From assembly GCA_963775425.1 (NCBI GenBank), contig CAVZJB010000012.1, forward strand, positions 160,001-224,000: a stretch of 64,000 nucleotides of DNA, given 5' to 3'. The translations under genes were made by a program, and so were the position numbers. Below the pieces are notes generated by a model, which did not search any database, was not told where the DNA came from, and was given only the letters and a program-made list of their open reading frames with translations. Positions 56,120-64,000 of the stretch are shown piece by piece (position 1 is the first letter of the stretch; each line of letters begins with the position of its first letter). Origin of the DNA: an uncultured delta proteobacterium. Lineage in GTDB: Bacteria > Myxococcota > UBA727 > VGSZ01.

Positions 56120-57352
56120 TCACTTCGCATGGAGCGCCTCCACCAGCGGCATCCGCGAGATGCGCCACGCGGGATAGAGGCCCACCACCAACGCCATCGC
56201 GTAGACGAACAGCGCGGGCGTGATGCTCCCCTGCAACGACAGCTTGGTGCGGAACGCGGTGCTCACCACGGTGCCGCCGAGCTCCATGCCCTCGCCCATC
56301 TGCTTCGAGTAGTCGAGGAGCACGTGGCCCTCGCCCACCCAACACAGGCCGAGGCCGAGGGCCAGGCCGATCACCACGCTGAGCGTGGCGATCCAGAACG
56401 ACTCGGCGACGATGAGCGACACGACGCCGCCCGGCCGCGTGCCGAGCGCCTGCATCACGCCGAGCTCACGCGTGCGCTCGAGCACCGACATCAACATGGT
56501 GTTCAGGATGCCGAGCCCGACGAGGAAGTAGACGAAGATGGAGGCGAACACGATCACGCTCGACGTCATCTTCTCCATGGCCTCGAACATCGGATAGAGC
56601 TGCGCGTAGGTGACCACCTCGAAGCCGTCGCCGAGCGCGGCGCGCGCGGCCGCGGCCACGCTGTCGGCGGCGTCGGCGCGCGGGAGTTGGATGACGATGT
56701 CGTGCGCGGTGTCGCCGGTGCCGAGCGCCTCGCCGAGCGCGGCCCGCGACACGAGGACGCGCCGCTCGCTGATGCTCGGCGAGATGGAGTGGTAGATGCC
56801 GCGCACGCGGAACAACGCGGCGCCCATCTCGCCGTCGGCGCGCTGGACCATCAAGCGCACCTTGTGTCCGACCGCGAGCTGCATCTTCTCGGCGAGGCGC
56901 TCGCCGACGAGGATGCCCTTGGGGTCGTCCTCGGCCGGGACGGCGCCGTTGGCGACGTCGCGGACGTAGGCCGACAGCCGCCGCTCGTCGGACCAGTCCA
57001 CGCCGTCGGCCTCCACCGCCTGGTTGCCGTGCGCCGCCGACAACAGGCCGCGCGCGAGCAGCCGCGCGCCCGTCTCCGAGCCCGGCGGTAGCGAGAGCTT
57101 TTCGACGACGGCGGCGGGGTCCTTGATCACGAGCTTCGCCGACCGGTGCGTGCGCCAGCCGGCGGCCGTGATCTCGACGTGGCCGAGCCCCGTGTTGTCG
57201 AGCTGGCCCTTCGCCTCGTCCGTGAAGCGGGCGATGATGCCGCCGAAGAAGAGCACCAGCACCAGGCCGAGCGCCACCGCGCTCATGCTGATGAGTGTGC
57301 GGCGCCGGTTGCGCCAGATGTTCCGCCAGGCGAGCTTGAGTGTGGCGCCCAT
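56120..57352 (-). CDS. FtsX/LolE-type ABC permease
   Basis: AWRNIWRNRRRT, ILNTMLMSVLERTRELGVMQALG, YPAWR. Confidence 0.92.
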   Translation of the reverse strand: MGATLKLAWRNIWRNRRRTLISMSAVALGLVLVLFFGGIIARFTDEAKGQLDNTGLGHVEITAAGWRTHRSAKLVIKDPAAVVEKLSLPPGSETGARLLARGLLSAAHGNQAVEADGVDWSDERRLSAYVRDVANGAVPAEDDPKGILVGERLAEKMQLAVGHKVRLMVQRADGEMGAALFRVRGIYHSISPSISERRVLVSRAALGEALGTGDTAHDIVIQLPRADAADSVAAAARAALGDGFEVVTYAQLYPMFEAMEKMTSSVIVFASIFVYFLVGLGILNTMLMSVLERTRELGVMQALGTRPGGVVSLIVAESFWIATLSVVIGLALGLGLCWVGEGHVLLDYSKQMGEGMELGGTVVSTAFRTKLSLQGSITPALFVYAMALVVGLYPAWRISRMPLVEALHAK

Positions 57353-58569
57353 CAGTCGGCCCTCATCGCGTCCACCGCTGGCAGGCGGGCGGCGCGCAGC
57401 GCGGGGAGGAAGCCGCCCGCGAGCATGGTGAAGAAGATGGTGATGGCGGCCCCCCAGATGGCCTTCACGTGCATGGTGAGGTGAACGGTGGACGGCAGGC
57501 GCACGCCCATCATGTCGCCGTTCGACATGGCGCCGAAGCTGATGTCGCCGATGACCAGCGTGGCGACCCAGGTGAGCGCCACACCCGCCACCAGCCCGAG
57601 GGCGCCCTGGAGCAGCGCCTCGAGGACGATCATCGCGAGCAAACGGCGCGGCCGGGTACCGAGCGCGAGCATCACGCCGAGCTCACGCGTGCGTTCGAAC
57701 GTGGCCATGGTCATGGCGTTCAGCACGCCGAGCGCGACGATGAGGAAGACGATGAAGTCGATGCCGTACTGGCCCTGCTTTTTCGCTTCGATGGTCCCGG
57801 TGAGCTCGGGCAGCAGCTCGTTCCAGCTCAGCGCCTCGAGCGTGCGCAGATCGAGGGCGTTCTTGAGCGCGGGCATCACCGCGGCCACGTCGTCGTCGTC
57901 CTCGGGCGGCAGGTGCACCACGAGCTGGTCGACACCGTCGCCGAGGCCGAAGAAGTCCTGCGCGTCGGCGATGTCGAGGAACACGGCCGTGGCGTTCATC
58001 TCGGTGGTGCCGGCGTCGGCGACCCCCGCGACGGTGTAGCGGTCGTTGGCGACGGAACCGTCGGCGGCCTGGCCCACGAGGACCACCTCGCCGCCGACGT
58101 CGACGCCGAGCTGGTCCGCGAGTCCGGTGCCGAGCACCACCGTGTGCGCGGCCTTCTGCGGCAGGCCGGCGCCGCGCACGATGTGGAGGTCGCCCATGCC
58201 GAGGCCCGGCTGCACGCCGGCGATCATCACGCCCGCGGAGCTGTCACCCGCGCCCGCGAGGCCGGCGCCGATCACACGCCGCTCGGTGACGGCGCCGGGG
58301 ATGCTGCCCGCCACCTTGGCCTCCACGGCCCGCGGGTTCTTGACGACGTTGTCCACCGACGGCGAGGCCTGGTAGCCGTGCGCGTGGATCTGGATGTGAC
58401 CGACGAGCTGCGCGGTGATGGTGCGTGTGAGGTCCTTGAACACCGACGTGCGGTAGCTGTCCATCGCCACGATGCCGAACGTCCCGAGCGTCAGCGCGCC
58501 CAACGTGATGAGGGTGCGCCGCCGGTTCCGCCAGAGGTTGCGCCACGACAGGACGAGGAGTGAGAGCAC
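57352..58569 (-). CDS. FtsX/LolE-type ABC permease
   Basis: SWRNLWRNRRRT, VLNAMTMATFERTRELGVMLALG, PALRAARL. Confidence 0.92.
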   Translation of the reverse strand: MLSLLVLSWRNLWRNRRRTLITLGALTLGTFGIVAMDSYRTSVFKDLTRTITAQLVGHIQIHAHGYQASPSVDNVVKNPRAVEAKVAGSIPGAVTERRVIGAGLAGAGDSSAGVMIAGVQPGLGMGDLHIVRGAGLPQKAAHTVVLGTGLADQLGVDVGGEVVLVGQAADGSVANDRYTVAGVADAGTTEMNATAVFLDIADAQDFFGLGDGVDQLVVHLPPEDDDDVAAVMPALKNALDLRTLEALSWNELLPELTGTIEAKKQGQYGIDFIVFLIVALGVLNAMTMATFERTRELGVMLALGTRPRRLLAMIVLEALLQGALGLVAGVALTWVATLVIGDISFGAMSNGDMMGVRLPSTVHLTMHVKAIWGAAITIFFTMLAGGFLPALRAARLPAVDAMRAD

Positions 58570-58572
58570 GCG

Positions 58573-59364
58573 TCACCGGCCTTGCTCGAGGCGGTGCACG
58601 CTGAAGGTGGAGTCGGGGATGTCGACGTCGAACGCGACGTCCTCGTAGGTGAGCGTGGTCTCGTGGCCGGGCTCGCCGGGGCTCACGGTCATCTTCGTGG
58701 GGAACTTGCGCCAGCCCACGTCCTTGAAGCCGGAGAGCGTCATCTTGCGCGCGAGCTTGCCGTCCTCGTCGTAGAACTGCTCCGACAGCGGCAGACAGCT
58801 CGCGCGATCGACGAGATACTCCACCTTGCCCCACACCACGGCCGCCGACTCCTTCGGCACGAGCACGAGCTTCCAGGCCTTGTGCCCGGCGACGTCGACG
58901 GTGCCGGCCACCGTGGAGCTGAAGTCCTTGGTGAGGCTCGAGCCCTTGACGAGGTCGTCGTTGGTGAAGTCGCTGCCCATCCACGAGTCGCCGAGCATCC
59001 CCGAGGGGAGCTTCATGACGCGGCCGGCCTTGGGCAGGTAGTTCCAGAGCTGCTTTTCGCGCTTGAGCGTCATCATGCCCTTCTCGCGCGGGCCCCCTTC
59101 GAGCACGCGGATGAGGGCGTAATCGTCACCTTTGCTCCACATCTTGAGCTTCAAGTCGCGGGTGTATGACGGGGTGACGATGTGCATGGCGACGGTGGCG
59201 ACGGTGGAGCTGCCCTGAAGTAGCTGCTCCGTGCGGTGCACGAGCTGCTGGACGTCGGGCTTGTCGACGCCGCTCGGGCACGGGGGGACCGAGGCCGGGC
59301 CCCGGGCTGCGGGAGGGGCGCCCGCGGCGAGCAAGGTGAACGCGAGAGCGGGGACGGGGATCAT
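58573..59364 (-). CDS. LolA-like outer-membrane lipoprotein-sorting protein
   Basis: LWNYLP, SWMGSDFTNDDL, VVWGK, FYDEDGKL. Confidence 0.85.
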   Translation of the reverse strand: MIPVPALAFTLLAAGAPPAARGPASVPPCPSGVDKPDVQQLVHRTEQLLQGSSTVATVAMHIVTPSYTRDLKLKMWSKGDDYALIRVLEGGPREKGMMTLKREKQLWNYLPKAGRVMKLPSGMLGDSWMGSDFTNDDLVKGSSLTKDFSSTVAGTVDVAGHKAWKLVLVPKESAAVVWGKVEYLVDRASCLPLSEQFYDEDGKLARKMTLSGFKDVGWRKFPTKMTVSPGEPGHETTLTYEDVAFDVDIPDSTFSVHRLEQGR

Positions 59365-60086
59365 CGAGGCCTCCGGGACGGGCGGGAGGGGCGGGGGGAG
59401 CGGGAGGGGGGCGCCGCGGCGATGCCGGCGCGGAACACGTCGAGGACGGCGTCGAGCGTTCGCTGCGCCGGGAAGAGGTGGAGGTTGTCGAAGAGCGCCG
59501 CCTGCACGGGCGCGATCTTGAGGACGCCGATGACGTAGGGGACGGCGTCCACGTCGACGTCGTCGCGCAGCTCGCCGCGGGCGCGCGCCTCCGCGAGCCA
59601 GCGGTCGAGCTCCCTGGTCTGGTCGCGCGCCTCCTCGAGGAGCGCGGGGGGGACGATCTCCTGCAGCGTCGGGTCCTCGCGCAGGATCTTCTGGAGCATG
59701 GGTTGGCGCGCGGACTCGCGGTAGGCGAAGCCGAGCGCGGCGACGACGCGCTCGAGCGGCGACTCCACCGCGAGGACCTCGGCGTGGTAGCGCGCGAGCA
59801 CCTCATCGTAGACCTCGAGGATGACCTCGTGGACGAGCGCGCGCTTGTCGGGGAACTCGAGGTAGAGCGCGCCCTTCGCGCACCCCGCCTCGCGGGCCAC
59901 CGCGTCGAGGTTCGTGCCCTTGTAGCCGAGCGCGTTGAAGTGCCGCTTGGCCACCTCGAGGATGCGCCGGCGCCGGCCGGGATCGCGCGCGCGCACCGCG
60001 GGCTTGGGTGCGCGCGCGGCCGCCGCCGCCGGCGCCTTCGGCCGGCGCGGCTGCTTGGTTCTCGGAGACGACCGGGGTGGCGGCAT
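59361..60086 (-). CDS. TetR/AcrR family regulator heading the ABC operon
   Basis: GYKGTNLDAVAREAGCAKGALYLEFPDK HTH. Confidence 0.9.
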   Translation of the reverse strand: MPPPRSSPRTKQPRRPKAPAAAAARAPKPAVRARDPGRRRRILEVAKRHFNALGYKGTNLDAVAREAGCAKGALYLEFPDKRALVHEVILEVYDEVLARYHAEVLAVESPLERVVAALGFAYRESARQPMLQKILREDPTLQEIVPPALLEEARDQTRELDRWLAEARARGELRDDVDVDAVPYVIGVLKIAPVQAALFDNLHLFPAQRTLDAVLDVFRAGIAAAPPSRSPRPSRPSRRPR

Positions 60087-60093
60087 GGAGACC

Positions 60094-60122
60094 AAGATGA
60101 CCACGCCGGACATTCCAGTCAA
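60094..60122 (-). promoter_or_regulatory. Leaderless sigma70 promoter and TGACC-N14-AGTCA operator-like repeat
   Basis: TTGACT-17-CATCTT-7 nt-ATG on the minus strand; inverted repeat at 60098-60121. Confidence 0.65.
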
Positions 60123-60303
60123 CTTGATCCGGACAAGAGCAAGCCCGCTCATGGGCGCTCCCGCGCGCCGCCGCAAAGCGGGCGCGCCAGAACGCGCAGG
60201 CGGCGCAGACCAGCGCGGCTGTGCGACGCGCGGGCCGCGCGCGCCGCGCACTTTGCACGCCGCATGCACCGACCTGGCAGCGACGAAGTGCGCAGGAGAC
60301 CGT

Positions 60304-60657
60304 ATGGATCACGTGAGCTTCTGGGACGCGCATACGTACGACTGGCTCATCCTCGTCGGGCTGGCGCTGTTCCCCCGCATCACGCTGCTGTTCGTGGGCG
60401 GCCCCGCCGGCCTCCTGCAGTGGGTCGGCTGGTTCATCTGCCCGCACCTGCTCGTCGCCATCCTGGCGACCACCCGCTACTGGGACACCGATCCGGTGCT
60501 GTGCGTGATCGCGTGGTTCTTCGCGTTCGCCGGGACCGGCGGCGAGAGCAAAGCCGTGCATTGGCGCGCGCGCCGCCGCTGGCCGCGCCGCCGGCGCGAC
60601 GATCGGCCCGACGACGCCCCGTGGACCCCGGGCGAGACGGCGGGCGCAGCGCGATGA
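60304..60657 (+). CDS. Small membrane protein
   Basis: AGGAG SD; hydrophobic LFPRITLL, GWFICPHLLVAILAT, DPVLCVIAW. Confidence 0.75.
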   Translation: MDHVSFWDAHTYDWLILVGLALFPRITLLFVGGPAGLLQWVGWFICPHLLVAILATTRYWDTDPVLCVIAWFFAFAGTGGESKAVHWRARRRWPRRRRDDRPDDAPWTPGETAGAAR

Positions 60658-61598
60658 CGGACGTCGCGCGACAGAACGAGGCGCACCGGCGCGCGGACCC
60701 CTGGTACTTCGCCGTCGCGTTCGGCTTCTCCTGGTCGCTCGCCGTCGCGCTGTGGGTCGCGTCGCGCCACGGCCCGATCAACCCGCTCGCGCGCACGCTG
60801 ATGCTCACCGTGTACATGTTCGGCCCGGCGCTCGGCGCCGTGTTCGCGCAGCGCGCGCGGGGCGAGCGCGTGCTCCGTCCGCTCGGGGTCCGGTTCGCGC
60901 CGAACCGCTGGTGGCTCGTGGCCTGGCTCGCGCCGCTCGTCTACGCCGCCGTCGCCGGCGTGGTGAGCACGCTGATGCCGGGCGCGTCGCGCGCGCACGG
61001 CCTCGAGGGCCTCTTCGAGAAGCTCGCGCCCATGGTGCCGCCCGACCAGCTCGGGGCGGTGATGGACCGGATGAACGCGATACCGCACGGCGTGTACATC
61101 CTGCTCCTGGTCCTCGAGGCGCTCGTCGCCGGCGTGAGCGTCAACGCGCTCGCCGCGTTCGGCGAGGAGCTCGGCTGGCGCGGCTTCCTGCACAAGGAGC
61201 TGTCCGGCTTCTGGAGCCGGGCGCTCATCGTGGGTCTCGTCTGGGGCGTGTGGCACGCGCCGATCATCCTGCAGGGCCAGAACTACCCGCAGCACCCGCT
61301 CTGGGGCGTGCTCATGATGATCGCCTGGACGGTGCTGCTCGCGCCCTCGTTCGAGCTGGTGCGCGAGCGCGGACGTTCCGTGTGGGCGACGTCCATCCTG
61401 CACGGCAGCCTGAACGCGTCGGCGGGCTTCGCCTACCTCTTCGTGAGCGGGGGCACCGACCTCACCGTCGGCGTCACCGGCCTCGCGGGCATGCTCGTCC
61501 TCGTCGCCGTGAACCTCGCCATCTGGCTCTTCCGGCGCCGCGCGGCCACGAAGCCGGCCGCGCGCGCCCCATCGCAGGCGCAGCCCGCTCCCGGCTGA
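60654..61598 (+). CDS. CPBP family intramembrane protease (CAAX/Abi)
   Basis: GEELGWRGFL, WGVWH, ILHGSLN. Confidence 0.92.
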   Translation: MTDVARQNEAHRRADPWYFAVAFGFSWSLAVALWVASRHGPINPLARTLMLTVYMFGPALGAVFAQRARGERVLRPLGVRFAPNRWWLVAWLAPLVYAAVAGVVSTLMPGASRAHGLEGLFEKLAPMVPPDQLGAVMDRMNAIPHGVYILLLVLEALVAGVSVNALAAFGEELGWRGFLHKELSGFWSRALIVGLVWGVWHAPIILQGQNYPQHPLWGVLMMIAWTVLLAPSFELVRERGRSVWATSILHGSLNASAGFAYLFVSGGTDLTVGVTGLAGMLVLVAVNLAIWLFRRRAATKPAARAPSQAQPAPG

Positions 61599-61625
61599 TC
61601 CGGCGCCGGCACCCGCCGGCGGCGC

Positions 61626-62063
61626 TCAGCGGGTGAACGTATCGGCGCCGGCGAGGATGGCGCTCCACAGCTTCTCGTGCTCCTCGGCGTCGGGGACGTC
61701 GCGCGCGAGGTGCCACTGCGTCATGAGCTTGTCGCCGTCGAGCTGGCCCGCCCACGACGCGACGCTGCCGGCGCTGCCGAAGTCCACGGTGAAGCCGACG
61801 ACGTCGCCGTGGACGAAGCCGACGGCGGGGAACCACGTCGACGGATCCACGCGGCCCACCGCCGAGCGGAACTTGCCCGTGAGCTTGCCGTCGACGACGC
61901 TGTCGACGCGCAGCTCCGAGCCGCGCTCGTTCTTCCACGTGCCGGTGAAGTCGATGGCCGGCGCGTCCGTGGCCGACGGCGCGGCCGGCGGCGGCGTGCG
62001 GTTGCACGCGCTCGACACGATGCTCAGGGAGAAGGCGGCGGCGGCGAGGATGAACATGCGCAT
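61626..62063 (-). CDS. Avidin/streptavidin family protein, probable lipoprotein
   Basis: TGTWKNERGS, GKLTGKFRS, GFTVDF, SVASWAGQ, TQWHL, W..ILAGADTFTR; signal peptide ending SSAC followed by a Pro/Ala linker. Confidence 0.88.
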   Translation of the reverse strand: MRMFILAAAAFSLSIVSSACNRTPPPAAPSATDAPAIDFTGTWKNERGSELRVDSVVDGKLTGKFRSAVGRVDPSTWFPAVGFVHGDVVGFTVDFGSAGSVASWAGQLDGDKLMTQWHLARDVPDAEEHEKLWSAILAGADTFTR

Positions 62064-62126
62064 GCAGCCGCGATAGCGCCGATCGACGCCGTTGCCAACG
62101 CCGGCCCGCGCTTCGGCGCCGGCGGG

Positions 62127-62813
62127 TCACGCGCGGAGACGGTAGCCGATGCCGGGCTCCGTGATGAGGAACGCCGGCTGCGCCGGGTCGCGCTCGAGCT
62201 TCCTGCGCAGCTCGGCGACCTGGACGCGGACATAGTGCGTGTGCGTGACGGCGCCGGGGCCCCAGACCTGCTTCAAGATCTGCCCGTACGTCATCACCTT
62301 CCCGGCATTTCGGGCGAGCAGGGTGAGGACGTTGTACTCGGTGGGCGTGAGGTGGACCTCGCCGCCGTCGCGGGTGACCACGCGCTTGTCCATGTCGATG
62401 CGCACCCCCTCGACCTCGAGCACGAGCGACCGCGTCGAGCCCGTGAGGACGGTCCTGCGCAAAGCGGAACGGATCCGCGCGAGCAGCTCGCCGGTGCCGA
62501 ACGGTTTGGTGAGATAGTCGTCGGCCCCCGCGTCGAGCGCGTCGATCTTGTCCTCCTCGCGGCCGCGCGCGGAGATGACGATGATCGGCGCCTTCGACCA
62601 CTCCCGCAGCCTCTTCGTCACCTCGATGCCGTCGAGGTCGGGGAGGCCGAGGTCGAGCAGGACGACCTCGGGGTTGTGCGTGCGCGCAACCGTGAGCGCC
62701 TCGCTCGCCGTCACCGCCTCGAGCGTACGGAAGCCCTGAGCCGTCAACGACATGCGGAGGAAGAGCCGCATCTGCGGATCGTCTTCGACGATGAGCACCG
62801 AGGCCGCCGTCAT
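62127..62813 (-). CDS. kdpE: KdpE response regulator
   Basis: IVEDD, LLDLGLPD, LREWSKAP, DYLTKPFG, LTPTEY, YVRV, TEPGIGY. Confidence 0.92.
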   Translation of the reverse strand: MTAASVLIVEDDPQMRLFLRMSLTAQGFRTLEAVTASEALTVARTHNPEVVLLDLGLPDLDGIEVTKRLREWSKAPIIVISARGREEDKIDALDAGADDYLTKPFGTGELLARIRSALRRTVLTGSTRSLVLEVEGVRIDMDKRVVTRDGGEVHLTPTEYNVLTLLARNAGKVMTYGQILKQVWGPGAVTHTHYVRVQVAELRRKLERDPAQPAFLITEPGIGYRLRA

Positions 62814-64000
62814 GCGGGCGCCTTCGGCGGCGGGGGTGGCAGCGGCAAGCGGATCGAGAAGCGCGCGCCGCCCTCGGGGCGTGCCTCCGCGGTGATGGTT
62901 CCCCCGTGGGCCTCGACGATGCCGCGGCAGATGGCCAGGCCGAGGCCGACGCCGCCGGACGTGGTCTCCGGTCCGCGGACGAACTTCTCGAACACGTCCA
63001 CGCCCGGCGGCAGGCCGGGGCCGTCGTCGCTCACGGCGATCTCGAGGCCGTCGGCCGCGGCGCCGGCGTCCACGAGGACGCGGGTGCCCGGCGGCGTGTG
63101 CTTGGCGGCGTTGTCGAGGAGATTCACCAACACCTGCTCGAAGAGCACCGGATCGACGTGAAGCAGGGGCACGTCCGGCGCGAGGCGGGTCGCGACGGTG
63201 CGGGCGCCGAGCCGCGGGCGCACACGCGCGATCGCCGAGCCTACGACCTCCTCGACCGGTACCCACTCGCGCCTGAGCACCAGGGCGCCGGATTCCACCC
63301 GCGTCATGTCGAGGAGGCTCGAGACCAATCGCTCGAGATGGAACGCCTGATCCGCGACGGCGCCGAGCAGCGCCCGCCGATCGGCGTCCGAGAGCCTGGC
63401 TTCCTCATCGAGGAGCGTGGTGGTGGCGCCGGTGATCGCGCCGAGGGGCGTGCGCAGGTCGTGCGAGACCGCGCTGAGCAGCGAGCTGCGCATCTCTTCC
63501 GTGCGCCGCTTCAGCGCCGAGCGGCGCGCCTCCTCCTCAAGGCGCAACCGTTTGATCGCCGCGCCCGTCTGGCGCGCGAACGCGTCTGCGAGATCCCGTT
63601 GGGCCGGATCGAGAACGCTGTCATCGCCGCGGTCGCGCACGAGCACGACGAGCACGCCCTCGACCGACGACGGCGTGGTGAGCGGCAGCGCGAGCACGAG
63701 GCTGCCGGGGAGCGTGTCCGTCCCGCGGCCGGCGATGCGCCCGTTCTGCATCACCCACGCGACCACGCCACGCTCCGTCTTCTCGAGCGCGCCGATACCG
63801 ATGCTCGCCGCCACGCCGAGCGTCCCGGTCTCGTCGGGGAGCAGGACCGCGGTCTCCCGCTGGAAGACACCGGCGGCGTGCTCGGCGAGGCTCGTCGCCG
63901 CGGACAACGGATCCTGCGCCGCGGACGTCGCCCGCGCGAGCGTGAGCACGCTCTGCGTGCGCCGCTCCCGCACGTTGGCCTCGCTCTCCTGGTCCTTCAA
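62810..64000 (-). CDS. kdpD: KdpD sensor kinase, C-terminal part (GAF + HisKA + HATPase); begins beyond the right edge
   Basis: GRGTDTLPG, RSSLLSAVSHDLRTPL, NLLDNAAK, DDGPG, GLGLAIC. Confidence 0.9.
   Translation of the reverse strand: MKDQESEANVRERRTQSVLTLARATSAAQDPLSAATSLAEHAAGVFQRETAVLLPDETGTLGVAASIGIGALEKTERGVVAWVMQNGRIAGRGTDTLPGSLVLALPLTTPSSVEGVLVVLVRDRGDDSVLDPAQRDLADAFARQTGAAIKRLRLEEEARRSALKRRTEEMRSSLLSAVSHDLRTPLGAITGATTTLLDEEARLSDADRRALLGAVADQAFHLERLVSSLLDMTRVESGALVLRREWVPVEEVVGSAIARVRPRLGARTVATRLAPDVPLLHVDPVLFEQVLVNLLDNAAKHTPPGTRVLVDAGAAADGLEIAVSDDGPGLPPGVDVFEKFVRGPETTSGGVGLGLAICRGIVEAHGGTITAEARPEGGARFSIRLPLPPPPPKAPA

Noticed and set aside
60654-61598. CPBP/Abi protein as abortive-infection or bacteriocin immunity gene
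   Set aside because: No adjacent precursor peptide or defence context; the family is widespread and the Abi name is historical.

Overview
A very GC-rich bacterial window, most consistent with a Myxococcota/deltaproteobacterial genome (HRDVSP-type Ser/Thr kinase, (Gly-Glu)n lipoproteins, HDOD and DUF6918-like proteins; the taxonomy is inference). It holds about 60 genes. In order: a thioredoxin-domain gene (partial); a stand-alone nuoABC-[orphan]-nuoD fragment; a GE-repeat beta-propeller lipoprotein opposite a Ser/Thr kinase; and a compact biosynthetic cluster (8.0-17.1 kb). That cluster joins a proline-to-pyrrole starter cassette (prolyl-carrier dehydrogenase, Pro-type adenylation enzyme, PCP) to a dissociated type II PKS (ACP, KS, CLF, KR), with a hexapeptide acyltransferase, an MDR ene-reductase and a GT2. 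Further on are rnr, three TetR-controlled units, an interrupted Mla/MCE operon, a Phd-VapC TA pair, betA+ALDH, an EmrAB pump, an MpaB/Lcp-type oxygenase, a frameshifted lhr, a non-coding stretch of nested palindromes (46.2-46.7 kb), fdhD/ydeP, a TPR + GE/TSP3 lipoprotein pair, a LolA-like/ABC/OM-protein operon, a probable lipoprotein avidin and kdpDE (partial). The best candidate for an undescribed system is the pyrrole-primed type II PKS cluster. Also notable are pervasive leaderless promoters, operons split by orphans carrying their own promoter, and three single-base frameshifts that suggest assembly indels. No CRISPR array, tRNA, rRNA or transposase was recognised. All calls come from reading motifs by eye; no database search was run.
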